Shown here piece by piece: positions 45,475 through 56,429 of a stretch of DNA of 64,000 nt. The position numbers and the translations under genes are program-made. Below the pieces are notes generated by a model. The model did no database searches. It was given only the letters and a program-made list of their open reading frames with translations, and had not been told where the DNA came from. Every line of letters begins with the position of its first letter. Position 1 is the stretch's first letter. Source of the DNA: an uncultured Candidatus Rokubacteria bacterium (lineage in GTDB: Bacteria > Methylomirabilota > Methylomirabilia > Rokubacteriales > DASRDR01); contig CAVPSB010000013.1 in assembly GCA_963708025.1 (NCBI GenBank), positions 643,564 through 707,563 on the forward strand, written 5' to 3'.

Positions 45475-46557
45475 ATGCCAGGGGCCCTCGCCGTCCCGAA
45501 CGTCGTGACCGCCTCGAGCCGCACGGGCTGCTCCGCCGGCAGGTTCGCCCCCTGTCGTCCGCCGCCGGCGTACCCGTGGGCCATCGTCTCCCTCGGATGT
45601 CTGTGGCTCTGTCTTGCCCTCGCCACGCTCGGACAGGCCCAGCCACCGGAGGACGAAGCGCTCGTCGCCCGCGCCCGCGCCGCCGTGGTCACGCTGAGCG
45701 TCAAGACCTCGCACGGGCAAGGCCAGGGAACGGGCATCGTCGTCGGCGCCGACGGCGCGGTGCTGACGGCCTGGCACCTGGCCGACGGCGTCCGGCGAGC
45801 CGAAGCCCGGCTGCCCGAGGACGCCACGGGCTTCCCCTACCTCGACGCGACCGCCCTCCTGGCCACCGAGCCCGACAAGGACCTCGCCCTTCTCCAGTTC
45901 GGCGGCCGCGGCCTCCCGGTCGCGCCGCTCGGCGATTCGGACACCGCGCGGGTCGGAGATCCGGTCTGGATCCTCGGGAGCCCGCGGAACGTCGAGCAGA
46001 CGCTGACCCGCGGGACCATCACGGCGGTGCAGCCCTGGCCTCACACGAGCTCGATCCTGCTGCTGACCGTCCCCCGCCCGTACCGGCTCGCCGGGAACAG
46101 CGGCGGCCCCGTGCTCGACCGCCGAGGCGAGGTCATCGGCGTCGTGGTCTCGGTCATCGACCGGGTGCTGGCCGTCCCCGTCAACGCGGCGAAGCCGATG
46201 CTGGCGGCGAGCCACGCGCTCCTGGATCTCGACCGGACACCGCCGCGGAGCTCGAGGGAGCAGAGAGCCGAGCGCGAGCTGTCCAGCGCTCGCGAGGCGG
46301 TTCGCCTCAACCCGGACCTCGCCGAAGCTCGCAACTGGCTCGCGTTCTCCTACGGCCTCCTCCACCGCTACGTTGACGCGGTGGCCGAGCTCGAGGCGGC
46401 GATCCGTCTCAACCCCGACAGCGTCGCCGCCCACAGAATGCTGGCCGAGACGTATCTCGACCTGGGCCAGCGTTCACGCGCCGAGGAGTACTACGAGGCG
46501 CTGAAGGGTCTCGATCCCGAGCAGGCGCAGAGGCTCTCCAAATCCTTCCGTCGCTGA
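45475..46557 (+). CDS. trypsin-like serine protease with C-terminal TPR repeats (start uncertain)
   Basis: GTG, LTAWH, DLALL, GNSGGPV triad; A.RLNP..A.A TPR units. Confidence 0.85.
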   Translation: MPGALAVPNVVTASSRTGCSAGRFAPCRPPPAYPWAIVSLGCLWLCLALATLGQAQPPEDEALVARARAAVVTLSVKTSHGQGQGTGIVVGADGAVLTAWHLADGVRRAEARLPEDATGFPYLDATALLATEPDKDLALLQFGGRGLPVAPLGDSDTARVGDPVWILGSPRNVEQTLTRGTITAVQPWPHTSSILLLTVPRPYRLAGNSGGPVLDRRGEVIGVVVSVIDRVLAVPVNAAKPMLAASHALLDLDRTPPRSSREQRAERELSSAREAVRLNPDLAEARNWLAFSYGLLHRYVDAVAELEAAIRLNPDSVAAHRMLAETYLDLGQRSRAEEYYEALKGLDPEQAQRLSKSFRR

Positions 46558-46570
46558 CCGGGCCGCGGGG

Positions 46571-47527
46571 TCAGCGGCTACCGGGCTCGGACAGGACGCC
46601 CCGGACTCCGCCGGCGAGGCCGCGGAGCCTCGGGTCGAGCGCGTCGCGGAGGCCGTCCCCGAAGAGGTTCAGCCCCACGATGGTGGCCATGATCGCCGCC
46701 CCGGGAGCGAGCGTGAGCCACGGCGCCTCCTGGATGTAGAGGCGCCCCTCGGCCAGGATGTTCCCCCACGAGGGCGTGGCGGGCGGCGCCCCCACCCCGA
46801 GAAACGACAGCGCCGCCTCCCCGAGCACGGCCAGCGCGAAGATGAAGGTCGCCTGCACGATCACGGGCGAGAGGCAGTTCGGCAGGACGTGGCGGCGCAG
46901 GATCGCCGGGTCGCCGGCCCCGAGACTCCGCGCCGCCTCGACGTACGGCAGCTCCCGCACCACCAGGACGGAGCCGCGGACGATGCGCGCGATCCGCGGC
47001 GTGTACACGACGGCGAGGGCGAGGACCACGTTGCGCAGGCTGGGACCGAGCGAGGCCATCAGCGCGATGGCCAGGATGATGGCGGGGAAGGCCATCAGCC
47101 CGTCCATGACCCGCATGAGGCCGTTGTCGAGCGCCCGGTAGTACCCGGCGGCGAGGCCGACGGCGAGCCCGGCCGCGACGGACAGGACGACGACGGTCCC
47201 TCCCACCATCACCGAGATACGCGCGCCGTAGAGGACCCGGCTCAGCACGTCCCGCCCCACGTCGTCCGTCCCGAGCCAGTGCCGCGCGCCCGGCCGCGCC
47301 AGCCGGCCCTTCACGTCGAGCGCCAGCGGATCCCGCGGCGCCAGCGCAGGCGCCAGGGCCGCCACCAGGGCCACCAGGCCGATCAGCGTCGCGCCGACCA
47401 CGGTGACGCGGCGGCCGGTGAGCCCCCGGAGCCACGCCGGCCGCGACGGCGCCCGGGGGAGCGGCTCGACCCGGGCGGGCCCGGCCACGGCGATCGCGCC
47501 GGGGTCGCCGGCAGCCCGGTCGCTCAT
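46571..47527 (-). CDS. peptide ABC transporter permease (DppC-like)
   Basis: HWLGTDDVGRD, YVEAARSLGA, LSFLG, LRDALDPR. Confidence 0.92.
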   Translation of the reverse strand: MSDRAAGDPGAIAVAGPARVEPLPRAPSRPAWLRGLTGRRVTVVGATLIGLVALVAALAPALAPRDPLALDVKGRLARPGARHWLGTDDVGRDVLSRVLYGARISVMVGGTVVVLSVAAGLAVGLAAGYYRALDNGLMRVMDGLMAFPAIILAIALMASLGPSLRNVVLALAVVYTPRIARIVRGSVLVVRELPYVEAARSLGAGDPAILRRHVLPNCLSPVIVQATFIFALAVLGEAALSFLGVGAPPATPSWGNILAEGRLYIQEAPWLTLAPGAAIMATIVGLNLFGDGLRDALDPRLRGLAGGVRGVLSEPGSR

Positions 47528-48469
47528 TGGTAGCGGATCCGGGGATCCAGCAGGAGGTACGCGAGGTTGACCAGCAGGTTGACGACGACGTAGACCGCGC
47601 CCACGATCAGGATGACCCCCTGGATCACCGGGTAGTCCCGCCGCAGGACGGCGGAGATGATGAGCCGCCCGACGCCGGGGATGTTGAACACCTGCTCGAC
47701 GACCACCGCGCCGCCCAGCAGCACGGCGAACGAGATCCCGATGACGGTGAGGGTCGGCACGAACGCGTTCTTGAGCGCGTGCTTGTAGACGACGGTCCCC
47801 TCCCCGAGCCCCTTGGCCCGGCCGGTCGTGATGAACTGCTCGCGCAGCACGTCGAGCATCGCCGACCGGGTGATCCGGGCGATCAGCGCCGACTGGACCA
47901 GGCCGAGCGCGACCGCGGGCATCACCAGGGACCGGAGCGTCCGCCAGGGCCCGGCGTCGAGCGGCACGTAGCCGGCGACCGGGAACCAGCCGAGCCACAC
48001 CGCGAAGACCAGGATCATCAGGAGGCCCAGGAGGAAGTTCGGCACCGAGGCCCCGAGCACGGCGAAGACCATCAGCGCCTGATCGGCCAGCCGCCCGTGA
48101 CGGCGCGCCGACACGATGCCGGCGGGAACGCCGAGCAGCACCGCCACCAGGGTCGCCCCGGTCGTCAGCAGCAGGGTCGGCTCGGCCCGGTCGAGGATCG
48201 CCTCCACGACCGGGCGGCGCAGGAAGATCGAGCTCCCGAGGTCGCCCTGGAGGAGCCGCCAGTACCAGCGCCCGAGCTGGACGAGGAGCGGCTGGTCCAG
48301 CCCGAGCCGCGCGCGGAGCCGCTCCACGTCGGCCGGCGAGGCGTACGGGACCGGCCATCACGCTGGCCGGGTCGCCGGGGGCGAGGTGCATCAGGACGAA
48401 CGCCACCGTCGCCACCACGAGCATGACGGGCACCAGGGCCAGGAGGCGCCGGGCGATGTAGGTCTTCAT
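47524..48469 (-). CDS. peptide ABC transporter permease (DppB-like; frameshift near 48347)
   Basis: MKTYIARRL..PGDPA in one frame; GDLGSS, RAKGL, HALKNA, DPRIRY in another. Confidence 0.88.
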
Positions 48470-48688
48470 GGGTCGCCGTCTCCCGCGCGGAGCGGACTCC
48501 GTGCCCTCCGTACCACCGGCCGCAGACGCGCGTCAAGCCCCCGCGCTCGGTGCCCCCGGACCGCCGGGCCGGGCCCCGCCGGGCCCCGCCGGGCCGTTGA
48601 CACCCTCCCGGGGGCCGACATAGACTCCGGCCAGCCCCGCGAGCGCCGGTATGTCGAACGTGCCCCACCGCCAAGAGGAGGAGCCGCG

Positions 48689-50252
48689 ATGAGACGAGCC
48701 AGCGGATTCCGTCTGTCCTGCGCCGCCCTGGTCCTGACCGGCCTGATCGGCGGCCTCGTCCCGCCGGCGACCGCCCAGCCCGCGCCGCGGAAGGGCGGCG
48801 TGCTGAAGATCGCGCTGATCGGCGAGCCGCCCACCCTGGACATGCACATGACCACGGCGGTGATCACCCGCGAGATCATGCTCAACGTGGTCGAGACCCT
48901 CTTCACGCTGGACGCGAAGTACCAGCCGGTGCCGCTCCTCGCCGAGGGCCACGAGGCCCTGGACGGCGCCAAGCGTCACGTGATCCGGCTCCGCAAGGGA
49001 GTCCGGTTCCACAACGGCAAGGAGCTGACCTCGGCCGACGTGGTCGCCTCGCTCGGACGCTGGGGCAAGGTGACCGGCCCCGGCAAGGCGGTCTTCCGGA
49101 CGGTGGAGGCGATCGAGGCAAGCGGGCCCTCGACGGTCGAGATCCGGCTTCGGGAGCCGTCGGCGACGCTCCTGGTCGCCCTGGCCCAGCTCGCCACCGC
49201 GGCGGCGATCTATCCCAAGGAGGTCGTCGACGCCGCCGGGGACGACGCCGTCAAGGAGTACATCGGCACCGGGCCGTTCCGGTTCGTCGAGCACCGCCCG
49301 GACCGCCACGTCAAGCTGGCGCGGTTCGACGGCTACGCCAGTCGCTCGGAGCCGGCGAATGGCCTGGGCGGCCAGCGGGTCGCCCACGTGGACGAGCTGC
49401 ACTTCCTCCCGGTGCCCGACTACGGCACCCGCCAGGCCGGCGTCCAGACGGGGGAGTACCACTACGCCCAGCAGATGAAGGCCGACCAGTACGAGCGGCT
49501 CCGGGCGATGCCGGGCGTCGAGCCGCTGGCGATCCGGCCCTACGGCTGGGTCGACGTGGGTCCTCAACATGAAGCAGGGCCTGATGACCGACAAGCGCCT
49601 GCGCCAGGCGATCCAGGCCGCCGTCGACGTCGAGCCCCCGATGCTGGCCGCGATGGGCAACAAGGACTTCTACCGCCTCGACCCCGGCCTCTTCTTCCAG
49701 GAGCAGGCCTGGCACTCCAGGGCGGGGGCCGAGCTCTACAACCAGCGGGACAAGGAGCGGGCGCGCCGTCTCCTCAAGGAGGCGGGCTACCAGGGCCAGC
49801 CGGTCCGCTGGATCGTGACGACCGAGTACGAGCACCACTACAAGCCCGCCCTGGTCGGGAAGGCCCAGCTCGAGGAAGTGGGCTTCAAGATCGACCTCCA
49901 GGTCTCGGACTGGGCCACGGTGGTCCAGCGGCGGAACAAGCCGGAGCTGTGGGACATCTTCAGCACGGCGTTCGTCATCGAGCCCGAGCCGACCACGTCG
50001 CCGATCGTCCTGTGCTCGTGGCCCGGGTGGTGGTGCCACCCCGAGAAGGAGCAGCTCCTCCAGGCCATGGGCCGCGAGCTGGACGTCAAGAAGCGGTACG
50101 CGCTCTGGGAGCGCGTCCAGGCCATCTTCTACGAGGACGCCGCCCGCATCCGCCTCGGCGACTACTTCCGCGTGGACGCGCGGCGAAAGGAGCTGCAGGG
50201 CTTCCGCCCCAGCCCCTACATGCACTTCTGGAACGTCTGGCTCGACCGGTAA
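48689..50252 (+). CDS. family 5 ABC substrate-binding protein (frameshift near 49550)
   Basis: GGVL, EPPTLD, LRKGVRFHNG, IGTGPF; C-terminal half LRQAI..LLKEAGY in another frame. Confidence 0.88.
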
Positions 50253-50354
50253 CGTCCGGCTGGCCGACCGCCGCGCGTCGTAGCCGGTCCGGTCGGTGTC
50301 TCCCGCTCGACAGGGGAGGTCACATGCTGGCGATGTGGGTGTGACACGCCCATC

Positions 50355-51551
50355 ATGAAACAAGGGCTGCTCGCCTCTTGCGTGAGCGTTGCCGTGATGG
50401 CGCTGCTGGGGTCGTGCCTCGCTCAGGCGAAGGTGCTGAAGATCGGCACCTTCTGCGATCGGCTGGGGGTGACCCAGACCATCGGGGTCAAGTACTGTGG
50501 CGGCTTCCACGACTACATGGAGCTGGTCAACTCTCGGGGCGGCATCGAGGGCTACAAGATCGAGCACGAGGAGAGCGAGCACGGCTACGCGGTGCCGAGG
50601 GCCGTCGAGGGCTACAACAAGTTCAAGTCTCAGGGCTATCTGGCCCTGGTGTCCTACGGCACGCCGATCACCGACGCGCTGAAGACCTTTGCCAACCGCG
50701 ACAAGATCAGCCTCCTGACCCCCGGCTTCGGCCTCTCCGACGTCGAGGACGCGACGAGGTTCCCGTACGTGTTCGTCGGCGTCGCCGCCTACAAGGCCCA
50801 GGTCGCCGCCGTCTACCGGTACATCCAGGAGGTGTGGAAGGAAAGCCGGAGGGCGAAGATCGTCTACCTCTTCCTGGACAACCCGGCCGGCCGCGACCCA
50901 CTCGACTACGTCCGCGACCTGCCGAAGAAGCTCGGCATGCAGCTCGTCGGCGAAGTGGCCTGCCCGCTCCCCTGCGCCGAGATCAGCTCGCAGATGCTGC
51001 AGATCCAGCGCCTGAACCCGGACTTCGTCATCTCGCACCTGGCCGGCAAGGCCCCGGCGCTGAGCGTCGCCGAGAAGGCGAAGCTCGGGCTGAAGGCCAC
51101 GCTGATCAGCCTCGTGTGGGGCTTCAGCGAGGACGAGGTCAACGTCAACGGGCCGGCGGCCGAGGGCTACATGGGCGTGAACTTCGTCGTGATGCCGGAC
51201 GACCTGGCGAAGCGCCCGGTCCACAGGGAGATCGTCGACATGTACAGGAAACAGGGCCAGGACCCGCCCCGGGAGATGAGCTCGATCTACTACGTGCGCG
51301 GCATCATGAACGGCGCCCTCCTCGCCGAAGCCGCCAGGCACGCGCTGAAGGCGACCGGCGGCAAGCCGCCGACCGGTGAGGACTTCAAGAAGGGCATGGA
51401 GTCGATCAAGGACTTCACCGGCGAGGGGACGATGGCGCCGACGACGATCACCGCGACGAACCACGCCGGCTCCCGGAAGGTGCGCCTGTACCGCGTCCAG
51501 GGCGGCCAGTTCGCCCTGGTCAAGGACTGGTTCGAAGGCCCGCGCCCGTAG
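50355..51551 (+). CDS. ABC substrate-binding protein, LivJ/PBP1 fold
   Basis: Signal peptide, VNSRGGIEG.KI, YGTP, AGRDP. Confidence 0.85.
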   Translation: MKQGLLASCVSVAVMALLGSCLAQAKVLKIGTFCDRLGVTQTIGVKYCGGFHDYMELVNSRGGIEGYKIEHEESEHGYAVPRAVEGYNKFKSQGYLALVSYGTPITDALKTFANRDKISLLTPGFGLSDVEDATRFPYVFVGVAAYKAQVAAVYRYIQEVWKESRRAKIVYLFLDNPAGRDPLDYVRDLPKKLGMQLVGEVACPLPCAEISSQMLQIQRLNPDFVISHLAGKAPALSVAEKAKLGLKATLISLVWGFSEDEVNVNGPAAEGYMGVNFVVMPDDLAKRPVHREIVDMYRKQGQDPPREMSSIYYVRGIMNGALLAEAARHALKATGGKPPTGEDFKKGMESIKDFTGEGTMAPTTITATNHAGSRKVRLYRVQGGQFALVKDWFEGPRP

Positions 51552-51638
51552 GTCGTCGGCGCTCGCCGCGGATCCTGACCGAGGGACCGTCCCCCCGGTC
51601 GGCGGACGTTGACGCACCAGGCTGCCGGGAGAGCCGAG

Positions 51639-54600
51639 ATGCAGTGTCCCGGATGCGACGTCGAGAACCGAGAGGGCCGGAGGTTCTGCTCGGCGTGCGG
51701 GCAGGCGCTCCCGGTGCCCTGTCCCCGCTGTGCCTTCGCCAACGATCCCCGGGATCGCTTCTGCGGCGGCTGCGGCCACGGTCTCGAGCCCTCGCCCGGC
51801 GCAGCCGATCGGGACAGCCCGGCCCCCCTGTCCTACACGCCCAAGCACCTCGCCGAGAAGATCCTGACCTCGCGGAGCGTCCTCGAGGGCGAGCGCAAGC
51901 AGGTGACCGTGCTGTTCGTAGACGTCTCCGGCTTCACTCGGCTGTCCGAGCAGCTCGATCCCGAAGACGTGCATCGCATCATGACCCGCGCCTTCGAGCT
52001 GATGCTGGCCGAGGTGCATCGCCACGAAGGAACGGTCAACCAGTTCCTCGGTGACGGCATCATGGCCCTCTTCGGCGCGCCGATCGCCCACGAGGACCAC
52101 GCCCAACGGGCCGTTCACGCGGCACTCGGCATCCGGCGCGCCCTGGAAGGCTACCAGGACGAGCTCCACCGCACGCGCGGGGTCGGGTTCCAGGTCCGTC
52201 AAGGGCTCAACACCGGCCTGGTCGTCGTCGGGACCATCGGCTCGAATCTCCGGATGGACTACACCGCGGTCGGCGACACCACGAACGTGGCCGCGCGCCT
52301 CCAGCAGGCGGCCGACCCTGGCCGGGTGGTGATCTCGGACGCGGTCTACCGCCTGGTCTCGGGCTACTTCGACACGCGATCGCTCGGCGAGCTGCCCCTC
52401 AAGGGCAAGGCCGAGCCCGTCCGGGCCTGGGAGGTCATCTCCGCGCGCGCGGCGCGCAGTCGCCTCGACGTCGAGAGCGAGCGCGGGCTGACGCGCTTCG
52501 TCGGGCGCGAGCGCGAGACGCGACTCCTGGCCGAGTGCTTCCAGAGGGCCCGGGCCGGCCAGGGCCAGGTCGTGTTCCTGGTCGGGGAGCCGGGGATCGG
52601 CAAGTCTCGCCTGCTCATCGAGTTTCGTCGCGGCGCTCGGGACGGAGGCCACCTGGGTGGAAGGGCGCTCGATGTCGCTCGGGCGATCGATCGCGTTCCA
52701 TCCGCTGATCGACCTCCTGCGGCGCACGTTCCGGATCGAAGAGACCGATTCCGCCGATGCGATCGGGGCAAAGATCGAGCGCAGTGTGCTGCGCCTCGGT
52801 GACGATCTCCGTCCGACCGTGCCCTACCTCCGGTATCTGCTGGCGGTGGACCCGGGTGACCCGGCCGTCGCGGGCATGGACGCCAACCTCCGTCGGGCCG
52901 AGGTGTTCGGCGCCGTCCGGCGTCTCATGCACCGGGCGGCCGAGGTGCGCCCGCAGGTCGTGGTCTTCGAGGACGTCCACTGGATGGACCAGGCGACGGA
53001 GGGGTACGTCGCGCGGATGGCCGACAGCATCGCGGCCAGCCGCGTCCTGATGATCCTCACCTACCGGCCGGGCTATACCCCGCCCTTCGGCGATCGGACA
53101 TATCACACGCGAGTGGCGCTGACCAGCCTGTTCGACGGAGTCCAGCGTCGAGATGACGCGGGCGATGCTCGCCGCGGAGTCCGTGCCCCACGACGTGCAG
53201 GCGCTGATCGCACGGAAGGCGGAGGGGAATCCGTTCTTCGTCGAGGAGGTGGTCAAGTCGCTCGTGGAGCTCGGGGTCATCCGGCGGGCCGGTGACCAGT
53301 ACGTGCTGACCAGGCCTCCGGACCAGATCCTGGTGCCGGACACCATCCAGGACGTGATCATGGCCCGGATCGACCGGTTGGCCGAAGAGCCCAAGCGGAC
53401 GCTTCAGCTGGCGTCGGTCATCGGCCGGGAATTCACCGGTCGGCTGCTCGAGCGAATCGCCGACGTCCGGAGCCGGACGGAGGGATGGCTCCAGGAGCTG
53501 AAGGCGATCGAGCTGATCTACGAGAAGACGCTCTTTCCCGAGCTCGCGTACATGTTCAAGCACGCGCTCACCCACGAGGTGGCCTACGGCTCCTTGCTCG
53601 TGCACCGCCGGAAGGAGCTGCACCGCCTGGTCGGGCTCGCCATCGAGGAGCTGTACGCCGATCGGCTCGCCGAGCACTACGAGGTCCTGGCGCACCACTT
53701 CACACGGGCCGAAGAGTGGTCGAAGGCACTCGATTATCTCGTCCGGGCCGCCGAGAAGGCGAGCCGCGCGTCCGCATTTCGCGAGGCGCTCGCCTTCTAC
53801 GGCCAGGCCCTCGAGGCGGCGCATCACCTCGGGGAGGAGGTGCCCGCCCCGCGTCTCGTCGCCATCCACCGGGCGAAGTCGCAGCTCCACTGGGCCGTGG
53901 CGGACTGGGAGGAATCGCGCCGCGAGGCCGAGCGCGTCCTCGATCTCGCTCGCCGGCTGGGCGACCGGGCGATGGAGGGATGGGCGCTGGCCCAGATGGG
54001 GTGGGCGACCTTCTGGGCGGCCGAGGATTTCGCCGACGCCGTCGCCTACGCCAACCAGGCCATCGCGACCGGCGAGCAAGGACACGCCGCGTCCGCCGTC
54101 GGCTTCGGTCTGGAGGTGCTCGGGTCCATCTCGGCGGTGACGGGTCGGCTCGAGCAGGCGGAGCGACAATTTGCCCGATCGCTGGCGATCGCCCGCCCGA
54201 CCGGGGAGGTGGCCCGGCAGTCGGTCGTGCGGTATTTCCAGGCCAACATGCGGAACTGGCAGGGCGCCTACCGCGAGTCCCACGATCTCGCGACCGACGG
54301 CGCCCGCATCGCCCGGGAACACGGCCTCGTCATCCCCCTGATCCGGAACCAGTGGACGCAGGCGGTCGCCCTGGCGGGCGTCGGCGACTACGACCGGGCC
54401 TGCGCGCTGCTCGAGGAGGGGCTCGCGCTGTCCGAGAAGATCGGTGACGAAGCGTACATTCCCCGCTACCTCAACACGCTCGGCTGGCTCCGCCTCGAGT
54501 GCCACGACCTCGACCGGTCTCTGGAGGTGAGTCGCCTGGGCGTCGAGCGCGCGCGCCGCCGGCGCCACGCGACGGGGGTCGAGCAGACGGTGTTCACCGA

Positions 54601-55150
54601 GATCAACCGGGCCGACGCGTTCCTGGCCCGGGGGGACGTTGACTCCGCCCGGGAGCTGCTGGCCGAAGCGCACGACCTGGTCAAGGACGACGCCGTCTAC
54701 GACTGGATGCGCTGGCGGTCCGCGATCCACTGCTTCGTGAGCGAAGGCGAGCTCTGGCTGGCTTGTGGCGACCCGGCCCGGGCCGAGACGTTCGCCGACC
54801 GCTCGCTCGAGAGCGCGACGCAGACCGGCTCGCGCAAGTACATGGTGCGGGCGTGGCGGCTCAAGGGCGACGCGGCGCGCCTCCGCCGGGACTGGGACTC
54901 GGCGGAGCGCGCGCTTCGAGAGGCCCTCGCGCTGGCCGAGCCGCTCGGCAACCCCCGGGAGCTCTGGCAGACCCACGCCGCGGTCGGGCGCCTGCGCGAG
55001 GCGCGGAAGGACCTCGACGCCGCCCGGCGCGCGTATCAGTCGGCCCGGGGCGTGGTCGACGGCGTCGTCGCCCGACTTCAGCACGCGGAGCTGCGCGCGG
55101 GCCTCCAGCAAGACCCCCTCATCCGGGAGATCTACGAGCGTTCCCGCTGA
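51639..55150 (+). CDS. double zinc ribbon - class III adenylate/guanylate cyclase - AAA ATPase - TPR protein (frameshifts near 52635 and 53135)
   Basis: CxxC pairs, ERKQVTVLFVDVSGFT, GDGIMALFGAP, GDTTNVAARL, GEPGIGKSRL, EDVHW, EGNPFF, FKHALT. Confidence 0.9.
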
Positions 55151-55297
55151 CCGCGTCCGGGCTCCAGGGTAGGCCGGCGAAGCCGCCCGGCGGGTGATCT
55201 TTCGGATACCGGCCCGTTACACTACCATGCGGCTGGCTGGGGAAGAGCTCATCCACGTAGCTCCACAGTAAGTCTCCCTGACGATGAGGAGGTCAGC

Positions 55298-55615
55298 ATG
55301 CTGGCGGTGTGGGTGAAGGTGCGCGTGAAGGCGGCGGAGCGGCAGCGCTTCCTGGACGCGATCGAGGCCGACGCGCTGGGCTCCGAGCGCGACGAGCCGG
55401 GGTGCTACCGGTTCAACGTGCTCCAGGACGAGCAGGACGCGAACGTCTACTACTTCTACGAGGTGTACGAGGACCAGGCCGCCCTCGAGAAGCACCGCGC
55501 GATGCCGCACTACGAGGTCTGGCGCGCCGCCGCCGATACGCTGGACGGGCCGACGGAAGCAATCCGGTGCCGGACGGTCTTCCCGGCGGCGCGGGCCTAC
55601 TGGGCCGGGCGGTAG
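55298..55615 (+). CDS. antibiotic biosynthesis monooxygenase (ABM/LsrG-like) protein
   Basis: EPGCYRFNV, FYEVY, H..MPHY; GAGGAGG RBS. Confidence 0.88.
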   Translation: MLAVWVKVRVKAAERQRFLDAIEADALGSERDEPGCYRFNVLQDEQDANVYYFYEVYEDQAALEKHRAMPHYEVWRAAADTLDGPTEAIRCRTVFPAARAYWAGR

Positions 55616-55624
55616 CGCGGCCGT

Positions 55625-56422
55625 TCACGGCTCTCGCAGCTGCACCACCAGCCCCTGCAGGCTCCAGCCGATCGGCCCGCGCCGGTCGAAGAGCCGGCTC
55701 GCCGTGAGGCCGACGCCGGTGGGCTCGGGGGCGGTGACCGACTCCAGGCACACCCACTCGTCCTGCGGCAGGCGGTGGAGGTACACGGTCAGGTCCGCGT
55801 TCACGAAGGTGAAGCGCCGGGGGTCGAGCACCACCGCCACGCCGTTCCCCGAGTCGGCGGCGATCATCACGCGCTGGAGCGGGCTCGGCGCCTCGCCGGC
55901 GACCAGCGCGACCCGCGTCCGGATCCAGACCGACGTCGGGTTCACCCCGTAGCCCCCGCGCACGCCGCGCGCGTTGACGGCGGTCCCGTAGCCGACGCCG
56001 GCGTGGAACACCGGGAGGCGGTACGGCACGCCCTCCTCGGGGGGCCGCGGCGGCTCGTGGGGGTCGAGCGCGACCGGCGGGAGCTCGAGCGACTCGGTGC
56101 GGATGGCGAGGCCCGTGGCCCGGGCCAGCAGGCGGCCCTCGGCGGCCAGCGTCGCGTCGATCCGGCGCACCTTGCGGCCGGCCTTCAGGGTGCTGGTCCC
56201 GACCTCCAGGGTGGCGATCGGCACCGGCGCCATCAGCTCGACGGTGAGCCGTGCGACCTGGAAGGCGGGATCGTCCGCGACCGCCCGCTCGACGGCACGG
56301 GCCAGGAGGGCCGACGGCGGGCCGCCGTGCTGGTGGGCCGCGCTCCAGGGCCCGCGGGTGAGCTCCGTCGCGGCAAAGCGGTCGGCATCGGGCACGTAGA
56401 ACGCGTCGGGGTCCCCGGCCAT
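55625..56422 (-). CDS. thioesterase family protein (double hotdog)
   Basis: RGPW..QHGGPP, AADSGNG, F.NADLTV.LHR. Confidence 0.88.
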   Translation of the reverse strand: MAGDPDAFYVPDADRFAATELTRGPWSAAHQHGGPPSALLARAVERAVADDPAFQVARLTVELMAPVPIATLEVGTSTLKAGRKVRRIDATLAAEGRLLARATGLAIRTESLELPPVALDPHEPPRPPEEGVPYRLPVFHAGVGYGTAVNARGVRGGYGVNPTSVWIRTRVALVAGEAPSPLQRVMIAADSGNGVAVVLDPRRFTFVNADLTVYLHRLPQDEWVCLESVTAPEPTGVGLTASRLFDRRGPIGWSLQGLVVQLREP

Positions 56423-56429
56423 CCCCGCC

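Noticed and set aside
46571-48469. Apparent 632-aa DppB-DppC fusion
   Set aside because: Artefact of the frameshift near 48347; dppB ends and dppC starts at an ATGA overlap (47524-47527)
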